DNA of 24,140 nucleotides, from the NCBI GenBank assembly GCA_003649155.1, contig QMRA01000001.1, positions 1 through 24,140 on the forward strand, in the 5' to 3' direction. The notes beneath the pieces were generated by a model. That model did not search any database and was not told the DNA's origin. It saw only the letters and a program-made list of their open reading frames with translations. A program made the position numbers and the translations under genes. The DNA comes from Thermoproteota archaeon. GTDB taxonomy: Archaea > Thermoproteota > Methanomethylicia > Culexarchaeales > Culexmicrobiaceae. Of this stretch, positions 24,113-24,140 are shown in pieces; position 1 is the stretch's first letter, and each line of letters starts with the position of its first letter.

Positions 24113-24140
24113 GTGTAGAAATAAAACATTAACACAATGC

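Noticed and set aside
1-24140. CRISPR array, tRNA, rRNA or SRP RNA
   Set aside because: All intergenic gaps are about 130 bp or less and show no repeat-spacer or cloverleaf pattern; very small sRNAs cannot be excluded by eye.

Overview
Gene-dense archaeal chromosomal segment with about 32 CDS. The archaeal markers (TFB, rps8e, SRP19, Gar1, GPN-loop GTPase, RadA family, GGTGA/GGAGG ribosome-binding sites) and crenarchaeal-style Trm112 and Zn-ribbon proteins suggest a TACK/Thermoproteota-type organism; that lineage call is an inference. I saw no rRNA, tRNA, CRISPR array, integrase or transposase. Most genes are housekeeping: a phosphohexomutase-SIS-uppS-GT2 glycan/lipid-carrier cluster, Trm112, Maf-Thg1-PflX, CinA-N/GPN GTPase/AcdB/DUF373/nucleoside phosphorylase, PepQ, a KH+PP-loop protein, HypE and rps8e-SRP19-gar1-tfb. 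The standout is a seven-gene, fully overlapping minus-strand operon (12739->8086). It encodes a membrane protein, a small unknown, an apparently inactive HerA/VirB4-fold ATPase with a C-terminal winged helix, a small basic unknown, a divergent full-length RadA paralog, a standalone SWIM (CxC..CxH) protein and a protein that looks like a Walker-less RecA fold. The last three resemble the eukaryotic Shu recombination-mediator complex (SWS1/Shu2 plus Rad51 paralogs). The operon is transcribed divergently from a membrane-anchored ArsR-type regulator. All family calls come from recalled motifs; no database searches were run.
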